64,000 bases of DNA, from NCBI GenBank assembly GCA_013239625.1, contig MU053304.1, positions 248,001 through 312,000 of the forward strand. The letters are read 5' to 3'. The DNA is from Lama guanicoe. Taxonomy: Eukaryota. The translations under genes were made by a program, and so were the position numbers. Positions 28,286 through 40,766 of this stretch are shown one piece after another. The first letter of the stretch is position 1. Every line of letters begins with the position of its first letter. The notes beneath the pieces were generated by a model. It ran no database searches. It was not told the DNA's origin and worked only from the letters and a program-made list of their open reading frames with translations.

Positions 28286-28337
28286 CTCTGGGGGTCCCTA
28301 GGGGCCGGAGGTTCAGCCGATAGTTAGGGTGGTTCAT
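28286..28337 (-). CDS. DIS3L2: DIS3L2 first coding exon, coding part (52 nt; MNHPNYRLNLRPLGTPR+G). 5'UTR part of this exon extends to 28430 or 28434
   Basis: Reverse complement reads CCAGTA-ATG AAC CAC CCT AAC TAT CGG CTG AAC CTC CGG CCC CTA GGG ACC CCC AGA G|gtagc. It resembles the human DIS3L2 N-terminus MSHPDYRMNLRPLGTPRG as I recall it. Upstream acceptor is ctctctttggtttcag|ctag|. Confidence 0.96.
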
Positions 28338-31300
28338 TACTGGTTCCAAGGTCAGCTCTTCTCTCCAGATCCAGGAGGACCTCCACTGCTCAGCTTAGAG
28401 TTCTTCCTGCCTTGAGCAGCTCAGTTGTCACTAGCTGAAACCAAAGAGAGATAAGTGATTAAAGAGCAGTTAACTTGAAGCCTCCTCTGTGGCCTTGGAA
28501 ATTTAGTACTTGGATGTACTTGGATGGCAAAGGAAATGTGGTGTCCCTCCTGGGTCCTGGCATCACTTTCTCCGGGGCAGTCAGTCAAGCACACCATCTG
28601 TCCTGAGTTTCTTCTCAAGGCCTTCATTCTCATGGGTATCACCAGCCTGCTTGTTTGGGCCATTTCAACTAAAAACCTCCACAAATAGGGCAATGAGGTG
28701 GAAATTAAGATGTTCTGCAGTTCTGTTCAGCTTGTGACATGCACAAGAGCAGGAGGGAATATGGTTTTGGAAAGTGATAGAAAGATCTAGAATCTAAAGG
28801 CTAGTAAACCAGGTACTCAAAAGATGCAGAACTTTGTAAGTTTAACCTTGGACAAATGATATTCTTCTATGAAACCAATTAATTCCTTAGAATTCATCAA
28901 CAAAACCTAATTTATGGTCATAACCTGATGTCCAAAACTATGCAGGGAATCCCAGATAGTTCACTAGCTTTTAAAAAATGGCAATATTGTAGTTAGACAT
29001 CTACTTCCTACTCTTACCTGCCATTACTTCAAACCAATCATCTGACCAGAAGCTCAGGCAGCTGTTCCTAAGGAATACAAGGTGGCTGCCTGGATCAGCA
29101 GACTGGAATGTTGGCCCTGCAGCTGGCCCCTGGCCTTCCACCTGGATACTGAACATGTCATCACAACATCTACTTTCTACTCTTTGCTGGCCACCAGCCC
29201 AGGATTCAAGACTATACTTGCAAATCTCCAAAATCCGGGTGGACAGACTGCTTTCCCATAAAGTGGATCAAGATGTCATTCTGAACACTAGCTTTCATTT
29301 CCTCTAAATTTCCCACACATCCTTCACCAAAATGATGTAATTTTTCTTTAAATTGAAATTAATACTAACTCAAGAGAAGAGAAGCAACAGAGACAAAGAG
29401 TAACAGGCCACTTAGTGATACATGAAAAGGTTCAAAGATAAAGCCAAAAAGTTGCAGGAAGGGAGAGAAACCAATGGTGTCAGATAAACAACAAGGTAGT
29501 GGAAAAGGCACATAGAGGAGTCCAGACCATCTGCTGGTTTCATTCAGAAATACATTCATCCACTCATTAATTCAACAAATATTTCTGCAAGGTACTATAA
29601 CAGATACAATGAAGGATACAAAAATTAATCAGACTTATAAAAATCATCTTGAAGAACAATTAATAAAAGTTGGGAAGTGATAAGCACTTTGTTTTTTAAG
29701 TATGGGTAAATGTACATATGATGGGGGAGTCTTTCCAGGTCAGGAAATCTAGGAGAGCTTCAGGAAAGATTTTAAGAACTGAGAATGTGAGAAAAGCATA
29801 CTGCTGGCAAAACGAAACAAAAATAGAGATACAAACAGAAAAACAGAGGCAGGTTCTTGCAAAGGTAATTCTATTTGGATAAGGTCCAGCCTATATGAAG
29901 GGAGGCAGGGACAAGGAAAATAAAACAATTTGGAAGGTCTACAAAACTAGCCCAGTTTCTCAAAGGCGGTAGGAATTTCAGAAGCATAAATGAGCAGAAG
30001 AGAAGAACAAGAGGTCAGAGAAGTGTTTCAGGAAAAATTATCCTGGTGTAGCATTTAGTCATCTGGAGTTGAGAAAGACTGGCAGAAGCTGCACCTTAGG
30101 AAAGGACCAGAACAGACTGGGTGAAAGGAAAGGGAGGCCTGAATTAGAGTTGCAGCTTCAGACAATGAAAACGAAAAGAGCCTTATTACCACGATATTAC
30201 ACAGGACAAACTGGCACCACTTGGCAACCAGGCATGTCTGAAGGAGGGCAAGGGAGTGACAATGCTGTGAGATTTCAAGTAAGGAGACTGGGAGATGATA
30301 ACATTACTAAATCAGAGAGGATGATGCATTCTACTTGGAGTATGACATACCTCTACATGGCAATACACACCTCTATATATACCTCCACACATGGAAATGC
30401 ATACTTCTACACCAAATACTTGAAAATTGGAGCACAATTTAGAGATAAACAGCAAGCCATTTGCATAAAGATGGTAACCCAAAGTTTTCTAGAATGGAGG
30501 AGATTGCCAAAAAATGGTAAGGTGATACAGAAGAGGGCCTAAGACAAATTCTGGCTTAGAGCAACTTTTAGGAAATGCAGGGGAAGAAGTAGAAAATATA
30601 CAAAGAAGCTAATAAAGATATAGGGAAAAAACCCAATAGAGTCTGTTGATAAGAAAACAAGGGAGAAAATAACTTCCAAGGAAAACAGGTTCATGATTAG
30701 GGTCCTCCCCTGACTGCTGAGTAAGAATATAAATAATGGCAGCCTTGGGTGAGAGGTGGGGTTGGGGCAAGCTGCAAGCAGGAGAAAGACAATCCAAAAA
30801 CAAGAGCCAGAATCAAAAATGGAGCACTTCATGTCAAGTCTTGATAGAGGCAAGAGTTCAAAATTAAGGGGAGTTACTGCCAATTAAGTGAGATGGAGGT
30901 ACACAGGTCTCGACTCAAATGTCCATAGGTCAGCTGCATCTGTAACTTTCCTTCACAGCAAATATCTCAGCTGGTACGACTTACACCTAGCTATTCTCTC
31001 TAGCTCAGGAAGACAAGGAATGTTTGGTTGGGCTCACTACTGCAACCCCACTGGCTCCCACAGTTCCTACAATAGAATAGCTCAATAATCACTCCTTAAA
31101 TGACTAGATGAGTCTGTTTTCATGAACAAGCAGTGAGAACACCAAGCAAAGCAGGGTCATTCAGGGAAACCACACTAAAAACAAATCAGCAAAGAATGGA
31201 AAACACAGGGCCCAGGAAACCAAGGTGGCAATAAGCCAGACAGCTGAGCAGAGAGTCAAAGCCTGACTTTGAGAATCAGAGCACTGGAAGGAGATGGAAA

Positions 31301-31803
31301 GATTCTGAGTATATAAGATGCTAAGCAGAACCTAAACAAACAAGCAACCTTCCTTTCCCAGTGATGCAGCTGTGAGGGCCCACTAAGCCTGGAGAAATCC
31401 TGGGCACTTCCTACCCCGAGACATTGAAAGCACAAGTCAGTTTCTAATCCTCAGCTTCCCGAATGAGGGCCACTAATATACTACCCAACTGCTCACTAGC
31501 TCCTGGAGAGCGTGTTTCGCCATGGAAATAGCTGGACATTCTGAAGAGCTGGACTTGGGATTATGATGAACAGGCAATATTGGTCAATAGTGTCACATGG
31601 TATAAAAAAAAAAGCAGGAATGAGGAGGAATGGAGGAAAAGCACTAGACTTGAGAAATGAAGAAAGCACCTGGGAGAAAGAATTGGTATCTTGAGATCCA
31701 ATGTATAGCACAGAGCAAGTGTCCAAAAATTTGAATAAATGAAGCCTATCTGGGACAGAAACCAGGTTACAATGAATATATACTAGTGAGAAATACGAAT
31801 AAC

Positions 31804-31965
31804 AAGGCCAAGACCAGGGTGAGGCAAGCGAGGCACCTAAGAACACAAAATTTATAAAAGTAAAGTAATACAGATGTCAACCCGACACTTGCAGGACTCT
31901 GAGAGCAAGTGCCTCCTTAAATGTTTGTGCCCTAAGGCATCTCACTTGCCTTACCCTAGTCTCAG
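31804..31965. mobile_element. Short non-autonomous hAT element (MER96/MER91-like) with inverted termini
   Basis: gaccagggtgaggcaagcgaggcacct ... aggcatctcacttgccttaccctagtc form imperfect inverted repeats. Confidence 0.7.
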
Positions 31966-32130
31966 CTTCATGAGTAGCAAAAGCAGATGAAATTTAAGAA
32001 CCTAGGTAGTGAAGGAAACTTAAGGAGATAAAGTCAATAGTTAGGTTTAAAGAAAGAAAAGGTTAAGCCTATTCAGAAGCTAAAATGAGGCCAATGGAAA
32101 AAGACAGTTGGTAAAAACAAGTGAAAGAGA

Positions 32131-32349
32131 GGGGGAGGATATAACTCAAGTGGTAGAGCACATGCTTAGCATACATGAAGTTCTGGGTTCAATACCCAGA
32201 ATCTCCTCTAAAAATAAATAAATAAACCTAATTACCTCCCCCCCACTAAAAAAATAATAAAATTGGGGGAGGGTATAGCTCAGTGGTAGAGCGTGTGCTC
32301 ATACAAGGTCCTGGGTTCAATCCCCAGCACCTTCACCAAAAAAAAAAAA
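32131..32349 (+). mobile_element. Two tandem tRNA-derived SINEs (Vic-1-like), 32131-32262 and 32265-32349
   Basis: Each has a ggggagg-tatagctcagtggtagagc A box and a gggttcaatcccc B box plus an A-rich tail. The pair is bounded by gtgaaagag (32121-32129, 32351-32359). Confidence 0.9.
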
Positions 32350-32619
32350 TGTGAAAGAGGATATAATTAATGCAATAAAGCAAAAAAAAATGGATGGGAT
32401 TAAAATTAATCCACTGAAATTTTTAAACAAACAATTTACATTACACATAAATAGGAAAGACATAAAATAGTTAATGTTAAGACACTACTTTATACCTTTT
32501 TTAAAAACAGCCAAGAGAGCCCTATTTCATAGGGCTGAAATAAAATTCAGCTTGCATAAAATTTGAATGTTTAAAAATGAGACAGAGAAACAGACAGGAG
32601 GAAGGTAGGGGAAAGGATG

Positions 32620-34865
32620 CCCAGAATGGCTGAGTGAGGAATTTGGCAAATATCATCCTCAACAATAAAAATATCCCCAATAACAAACTTATCAAAACCA
32701 ACCATTTAAGGATCTGGACATTAACCAAAGACATCAATAAATTGAGAAGTGTTTATTCAAGAAAATTTACTGAATCTCAACAACAGTGGAATATGTGGTG
32801 AGTTAGCCCGTGGCTCCCCCAATCCCACAGCTACTCCCCGTTCCTTGGTGTGGAAGTTCTACTAGGGCAGGGGCAAACTGTGATGACTGGCAGCCCCACT
32901 GCCCAAGAGACCTAAATTTATTGGGAGCAGAGCAAGAATTCCATGCCCAGGGGCATTTTCAAAAATAGCAGTGATTCAAGGGGCAAAAAATCAGGGAAGG
33001 ACAATATCAGAGCTAAAATGAGTTTGCAAAACTAGTTAGGGCAAGCAAGAGATCAGCAGACCAACCATAAATGTAACAAGGAGAATCAGGGAATGAGACA
33101 ACAACACTGTATCTTGATAAGACTCTACTTTTTTCTGCTGTATGCATGCTCAAAACTGTAAAGGCACAGGAGAGAAATAAGTGGGTCCTAGAGAGCTACT
33201 CATCCCTGGATGAATGTGAGCCTTATAAATATAGAAGGCAAAAGCCAGGGCAGACTTGTAAACTAGCTCAATTTTGAATGCATTTCCCAAGTCTCACAAG
33301 AGCCAGTGACAAAGGGTGGAGGCCCCACTGTTTCAAGGAATTTAAACACAGCTTCTGACTAATCATAGGCTTACCACTAAGATATGCTTACTCAAGGGCA
33401 ACAACCAGAAAGTCACACTTAAACGTTTAAAAAAAAAAAAAAAAGAAAGAACTGAGCAGAAACATGAGCAGCTACACAATACAGGAGAAACAGACTCCAC
33501 AGAATTAGCCCATGTAAGCCACTAAACAAAAAGAGCAACCACTTCCAACTCTGGAGGAAAAGGAATCAGGTTGAAAAATATATTATCAAAAATGTTCCAG
33601 GTTCCAACAAAAAATATAGGATATGAAAAAAAAAAAAAAAAACAGAAAAAAAAAAAAAAAAAAAAAAAACTCAGGTGAGGGATAGCTTCAATAAAAACTC
33701 TCTCTAAGCGAGCCTGGATTTTGGGTTTAGACAACAAAGACTTCAAAGCAGCTATTATAAATATGTTCAAAGAATTAAAAGAAACAATATTTAAAGGAAA
33801 GCGTGATAATAATGATCCATTAAGTAAAAAACATCAATAAAGAGTAGAAATTATTAAAAAAAAAAACCAAGTGGATATTCCAAGTTGAAAGATAGAATAA
33901 CTGAAACTAAAATTTCACATGATGATTATACTTCAATAAAAAGAAATTTTACATGAGTTCAACAGCAGATATGAACTAGCGGAAGAATCAATGAACCTAG
34001 AAAAACAGCTCAATCAATATTATCCAATCTGAAGAAAAGAAAAAATAAATATGGAAAAAAAATTTAATCCAAATTCAGGATTTGTGATAAAAAGTCTGAC
34101 TCCATTTTTTGATGACTGATCACTAACTTAAGTCTCACCTCCTCCTTCCTCTTTAACCCATCCTAGATAGGTTGATAAGAAAGTCCATTGCATCCCCATC
34201 TCTTTTGGCACAAGAGGGAAATTCAAATTTCACAAATCCCCAGTCTGTGTATGGGACGTTCTCTCTAGTCCCCTAACCATTATAAACTTATTCCTTCCAC
34301 CTGGCTCAAGCCAGGCCAAACATACTTATACCCACCCTACTCTCCCCAGGAGTCTCTTGGGTGAGTAGTCAATTTTCTCTCAAATTCTCTTCATGTATGG
34401 AGTACAATCAATACAGACATCCTACTAATTGGGAACAGGTCCATTCCACCTCCAAAGGGTGACCACAGAACAGAAATGAAAGAGGGGACACATCTATGAA
34501 CTTTACAGAAATGAAAATGATTATAAGGGAATCAATGAACAACCTAAAATCAATAGACAACTTAGATGAAATGGACAAATTCCAAGAAAGGCAAATTACT
34601 GAAGCTGAATTAAGGGAAAATGAAAAATTAAATAGACACATAAAAATAAAGAAATTAAATTAGTAATTTCAAATCTCTTAACTGGGGGGGGAGGGGAGCC
34701 CAGATAGTTTCACTGGTGAATTCTACCAAACAATAAAGAAAAAATAAAACCAATCCTTTTCAAACTCTTCCAAAAAATAAAGGAAATATTCCTGAACTAA
34801 TTCTATAAGATTAGTATTCACCTGATACTACGGGCAGATAAAGCTATCACGAGGGAAAAAAAAAA
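32620..34865 (+). mobile_element. Old L1 5'UTR/ORF1/ORF2 fragments interrupted by a long A tract and an LTR-like insert
   Basis: ORF1-like text at 33730-34060 (acaaagacttcaaagcagctattataaatatgttcaaagaa). ORF2-like text at 34460-34860 (ttagatgaaatggacaaattcc; ttcactggtgaattctaccaaac). Confidence 0.8.
34083..34410 (+). mobile_element. Probable solo ERV LTR
   Basis: Begins tgtgataaaaagtctgactccatttt and ends near ...aatca, with a TATA-like tataaa inside. Interrupts L1 text. Family unresolved. Confidence 0.5.
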
Positions 34866-35056
34866 AACTTTTTTAACATTTAAATAGTTCATAGTCAGTT
34901 TTGTTAATTTGCCAGTTCATTTATCAGTTAATAGGTCAGTTTTGTTAACTTGCATTATTCTAGGTATTTGTTAATTTTACCTAAAGGTTCCCCTTTTCTG
35001 GGGAAGAGAGGGGCTTGTTGTTCAAAATATACTCATGATTTTCTTAATACCTATAG

Positions 35057-35170
35057 CAGCACTGTCCTTTCTGAAATAATGGGAATTTTCAATATCTGTG
35101 CTGTTCAATATGGTAGCCACTAGCTACATGCATCTTTCAAGCATTTTAAAGAGTGGCTAGTGCAACTGAT
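35057..35170. mobile_element. MER3-like hAT fragment
   Basis: tatctgtgctgttcaatatggtagccactagctacatg...gtggctagtgcaactga. Confidence 0.7.
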
Positions 35171-35179
35171 CAAATCTGA

Positions 35180-36330
35180 GACATCTGTATCTCATATTTA
35201 TTCTTGCAGGATATTTTTGCAGGTTTGAGAATTCTAGATTGTCAGTTATTTTCTCTAACTTGAAGATATGATTCCATTGTTTTCTGGCCTCCATTGTGTC
35301 TGCTGAAAAGTCTGCCATTAGTCTACTAGTTGGTTCTTTGAAAGTATTCACTCTCCCCATCTCTGGCTTTTGAAACTTTCTTTGTCTTTGGTCTTCTACA
35401 ATATACCAAGGTATGGACTTCTTTTTATGCTACTTGGTGTTAGCAAGGTTTTGAGAATCTATCACTTGGTAAGTTTCAACAGTTATAGAAAGCTTTCAGC
35501 AAATCTCTTTCAGTATCACTTCTACCCCATTCTCTCTCAACCCTTTGTCTGGGACTCCAATTACACATTTTTGACTTTCTCAACATCTTGATGTCTCCCT
35601 CAATCTCTTCAGTAATTCTTCCACTTCATTAATTTCCTCTTCAGCTCTAACTAATCATCTGTTGAACCCACCAAGTTCCTAATTTCAGTTATTATATTTT
35701 CAAGTCTAGATTTTCCATTTCATTCTTTTCAAAGTATTCAGTTCTCTGTGGAAAATGGTGAATTTTCTCTTCTACCTCTTTGAACAAGGTAAGAACAGCT
35801 GTATTAAAGTTGGCTCCTAAAAACTCCAGTATCAGAGGTTCCCATTGATCTAATATCATTTTGTGTTATTTTTATTTGATTTGGTTCATGTTGTTTGATC
35901 ATGTGCCTGATTTTTTGTTATTATGGGCTGGACATTATATTTGCAAAATGTCTGTAGTAATAATTTGAGGCCTCTTATCACCTTACAAACAGGATTTACA
36001 TTTGCTTCCGCCAAGCACCTGAGACAAATACAACAAATTATTTTAATCTCTTTTCAGGGTTTAAATGTATTCAAAGTAGAGCTACAACTCCTGTAAAGGC
36101 CTATCTACATGCAGTTCACCCATACTTGTAGGTGTATCTACCAATCCCAAATAAGACTGGTTCACCAGGGCCACACACTCCCCACACAAGGAGGGCCTAA
36201 ATTCTAATCCTTTCTCTCTGGCCCTGAGAGAATATTAAATGCATCACTCAGTCTTCCATCTTCTTAGTTTTTCAGCTGATCTCTCCCCAAACTAGCAAAC
36301 ATCTGTAGGAGACAAACAACCCCAAGCACT
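35180..36330 (-). mobile_element. Old L1 ORF1/5' region
   Basis: ORF 35157..35360 (-) gives RLMADFSADTMEARKQWNHIFK, the L1 ORF1p C-terminal domain. Confidence 0.8.
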
Positions 36331-37716
36331 AGCCTTATCTCCTGAAGACTTTATTCTCTCCTAAACATTCATTCTTATTACCTCTCAAATAATTCCAAAG
36401 GATTTCTTTCCCCTTTGGAGGGTGGAAGGGGTGAGCTTGTCTAGTTGTTCTCAGAAGGAAGATTGGTTTCAAATTATTTTCTATGCTATAACTTAAAGTA
36501 GAAGTGTTAACCTCACCCTTAACTCTCTCATTCTCAGTCAATGCCTTTAATTCCCAACTTTCCCCTAAATGGATTCACTCTCCTTTCTCTCTGAAAATAG
36601 TTCTCTATGATTCATCTATCCTCCCCTACCTGTATTACAGGAAGAAATGTGCCTACATGTTTACAATCTATCCTCCTCAATGTATGTTCTTCATCCAATA
36701 TTTATGTATCTACTCTAGAACTCTGCCATACTTATTAATCTCCATAGTTGCCTCCCCAACAGGATACAATCAAACTAAGGGGCAAGACTGCTCTCATTCT
36801 ACACACTTCAAGCTATCAGCTACCATTCCATTTCTTTCATTCCTATTTCTGCCAAAGTTTGAAAATGTGGTCTAGACTCACAAACTCTATTTCCCCATGA
36901 CATACTCTTTAATCTCCCTTGGAATATAACTCCTGTCCTCATCTCTACAATGAAATAAGGCTTTCAGTATTCCTAGGGAGGAAAATCCTCATTACTAAAA
37001 CATATTCTGTTATTTTTTCCAGGCCCCCACCTAGAACAGGATGCCACTGATCAGCTCTTTGGACTACACACTCTTCTCCACTGACATCCAGGACACAGCA
37101 GTCTCCTGGTTCTTCTAACTCCCTCTCCAATTCTTAAATTTCCTTGCTGATTCCTGTTCCTTCAATTACCTCTTCAGTTCCTATATGTGCAAGGTTCTGT
37201 TATTAAGCCTCATCTCACTTCTCTGTTAGAGTTTTAAATCTACATCTCTAACCCTTCTCTCTGAAGTTCTTCTTTAACTTTTCAACTTCCTGCTGAATAA
37301 TACTGGCAAGCACTTTGAATGCAACATGTTTCTAATTCAAGTTATTATTGTCCTCAAACCAGATTTTCCATCTGCATACCGCATCCAGATTAATGACATC
37401 ATTATCAACCTTAGGCAACAAACAGTAGTCATCTAATTTCTTTCTCTCCATTAATAATATTCTATTACTAAACTTTGTCTATTCTGTCTTCAAAATGTAT
37501 CCTAAAAAGATTCCTTTCTTTTCCAACTTGAGTAGCACTGTCTGAATTCAGGTTGTTGCAACAGTGTAGCCTAAAGATGACAACAGTTTCTTAACTGGTC
37601 TCTCATCACTAATCTCTTTTCTCAACCCGTGTTTCATCTAAAACACAGATATTTTATGAAAAGCATTTCCAAAACCCTTCAGGGTTCCTCAATGCAACTC
37701 TGTAATCTAACCTACC

Positions 37717-38217
37717 ATCATGCTTAATTGTATGTGTCAACTTGACTGGCTCACAGGGCACCCAGATATTTAGCTAAACATTATTTTAGATTCTATCTGT
37801 GAAAATGTTTCTGGGTGGAATTAGCATTTGAATTGGGGGACTCAGTAAAGCAGTTCATCCTCCTCAATGTGGGTATGCATCACACAACATGTTGAAGGCC
37901 TGAGTAAAACAAAAAGGAAGAGAAAGGAAGAATCTGGCTCTTCCAGCCTGATTACTTGAGCTGGGACACTTGATCTTCTGCCCTCAGCACTCCTGGTTCT
38001 CAGACCTTTAGACCTGGATGGGAATGTATATCACCAGCTCCCCTGGTTCTCAGTCCTTCAGACTCAGACTGAATTGTACTATCTGCTTTCTTATGTCTCC
38101 AGCTTGCAAAGAGCGAATCATGGGACTTCTCACCTCCATCACTGTAGGAGCCAACCCTATTAAATATCTTCCTATACCTATGCCCTATTGGTTCTGTTTC
38201 TCTAAAAGTTTAATACA
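37717..38217 (+). mobile_element. MLT2-like (ERVL) solo LTR inserted in L2
   Basis: tgcttaattgtatgtgtcaacttgactgg...cccagatatt...aaacattatt...ctattggttctgtttctct...taataca are MLT2 hallmarks. Confidence 0.8.
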
Positions 38218-40655
38218 CTTATCTTTCCAGTCCAATCTCTTACTCAAGATTTTTTCAGTATCACACCATGTGAACTCCTTATGAAAATGTTGTTAGGAGA
38301 GCCCATGCTTGTTACCAAAGCTTGAAAAATGACTTAAAATCAAAAGTGGGGTGGGAGGAGTAATCGATCAGGATGGCAGAGTAGGAAGATGCAGAACTAC
38401 CCCACCACCACCATGAACGTATCAAAAACACATCTACATGAGGAACAATTCTCACGGAAAACTAGCTGGAAACTGGCAGAAAGACTCCTTTACAACAAAG
38501 CTATAAGAAAGATCTACACAGAACCAAGCAGGAAGAGAAAAGAAGCAATCAGGTCAGGACCTGTTCCCCCTAGGAGGGGACTCAGAGGAAAAGAAAGAAT
38601 ACACAGGCAGAGATTTGCCCTGGGGAGTGACTGGTTCAAGCCACATACTGGTGCCCCTGTCCTGGGGGCTGACACAGCGAAGGCAAGCCCCTTTGGCTGG
38701 TTGGAGGGATACTAGGACTAACAGGAGGGCTGTGGGAAACCCGGATTTTACTTGTCAAGAGTATGCGAGTGCTAGCTTGCTCCCAAAACAGGGTGGAGAG
38801 GGCAGATTGAGGACTGCTCCAGTGACTACCCAGTTTCCTACCAAATGCACAGGTATGCGCCTCACCCGAAGCCAAGCCAAGAGCCACACTTACTTCACCT
38901 TGCAGCTCTACACTGCAGCAAGAGCCCCCACAACTGGGAAGAGAGCTCAGCCATAGGACACAGAAGTAACTTGGACCCAGTGTGGTGTCTCAGTATGGTG
39001 GAGGGATGGCAGCTGGCCTGCCATAGCCCCCACCCCGTCATAAGCTGAGAACCCACACAGGCCCCTTATGCTCCAGTACTGACCCCTTCTAGGGCAAGGA
39101 TGCTAGTCCTGGGAAAGGGGAGAACATATACTTCATGGGAACAGAGCCAGCTTGGATTTGACCCTCAGGGTTTCTGCTCTATCAACTTGAGATTCAACCC
39201 TGCCCCCAGTTGGATAATAATGGCCACTGAGCAGAGGGGAAGCCCAACCTCACACCAGACTCTTCCCTAGCCCCTCTAACTCCAGCCCCACCTTCTACTA
39301 AGGTGATAGTTTCCAGCACACCCTAAGGAAAGATGTGACTCCTATTCACAATAAATCCAGACCTCTCAGCAAAGGCACTAGGCACATGCAGACTGTACAG
39401 AAACACTCTAACATAAGGACACCCCTTTAAGACCACAATAAGTAACCATTTCACCTAAATTCATAGAGACAAAGAGTATTAAGCAAAATGAAAAGACCGA
39501 GGAACTGGTCTCAATTAAAAGGTCAAGGAAAAAACCCTGAAAAAAATATATAGTCAAACAGAAATAAACAATTTACCAGATAAAGAATTCAAAGCATTAG
39601 TAATAAAAATGCTAACTGCATTAGGGAAAAGAATAACTAAACAGTGAGACTTTTAACATGGAACTAGAAAGTATAAAAAAGAACCAGTCAGAACTGAAGA
39701 CTACAATAACTGAAAGGTAAAACATACTACAAGAAATGAGTAGCAGACTAAGTGATACGAAAGAATGCATAGTGATCTGGAAGATAGATGATGGAAATCA
39801 CTCAATCAGCAAAAAGAAAAATTAATCTTTTAAAATCAGAACAATTTAAGAGATGTTTGAGATAACATCAAGCATACCGACATTCACATTATAGGGGTCC
39901 CAGAAGGAGAAAAGAGAAGAAGGTCAAAAAACTTATTTGATGAAATTATGTCAGAACACTTCCCTAACATGAAGAAGGAAACATATTCAGGTACAGGAAG
40001 CAAAGAAGGTTCCAATCAAGATAAACCTAAGTAGACCCACACCAAGATGTATCATAATTAAAATGGGAAAAGTTAAAGATGAAGAGAGAATCCTAAAGTC
40101 AGCAGAAGAAAAACAAGGGAAGCCCAATAATGGCTATAAGCTGATTTTTCTGCAGATATGCAGATATGGTTATAGGTCAACATATATGAACTCCACAGTA
40201 ACCACATCAAAAGCCTACAACAGATACACAAAAACTAGGAAGAAAAGAACAAAAGCATACTACCAAAGAAAATTATGAAACCAAAAGAGAAGAAACAAAA
40301 AGAAGAAAGGAAGAACAGAAAAGAACTATAAAAACAACCAGAAAACAAGTAATAAAACTGCAATAAGTAATACTTACTAATAATTACTTTAAGTGTCAAT
40401 AAACCTAATGCTCCAATCAAAATATATAGGATAGCTGACTGGATAAAAGAAAACAAGACCCATATGTATGCTGCTTACAAGGGTTCACTTCAGAGCTAAA
40501 GACACACAGACTGAAAGAGAGAGGATGGGGAAATATTTCATGTAAATAGAAACAACAAGAAAGTGGGAGGTGCAATAATATCAGACAAAATAGACTTTAA
40601 AACAAAGTCCTACAACAAAAAACAAAGAAGGGCATTATATAATGAAAAAGGGATC

Positions 40656-40766
40656 ATATGTTCATGTATAACTGAAAAATTGTGCTCTACACTGGAATTT
40701 GACACAACATTGTAAAATGATTTAAAAAATCAATAAAAAAAATGTTAAAAAGAAAAAAAAAAGAAA
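40656..40766 (+). mobile_element. Young L1 3'-end insertion nested in ORF2 of the long L1
   Basis: tatgttcatgtataactgaaaaattgtgctctacactggaatttgacac... plus A tail, flanked by TSD gaaaaagggatca. Confidence 0.88.

Noticed and set aside
28421..28693. 90-aa ORF as an N-terminal extension of DIS3L2
   Set aside because: It ends in a stop within the 5'UTR part of the exon, runs through the polypyrimidine tract, and has no similarity to DIS3L2.
30069..30542. 157-aa ORF on +
   Set aside because: Non-ATG start, overlaps decayed L2-like sequence, no recognisable domain or splice structure.
32131..32349. tRNA genes (also at 47170, 57296, 61160)
   Set aside because: A and B boxes are present, but A-rich tails, TSDs and no intact cloverleaf identify them as SINEs.
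38348..39480. GC-richer region as the DIS3L2 promoter or CpG island
   Set aside because: CpG-poor and contiguous with L1 ORF1, so it is the L1 5'UTR.
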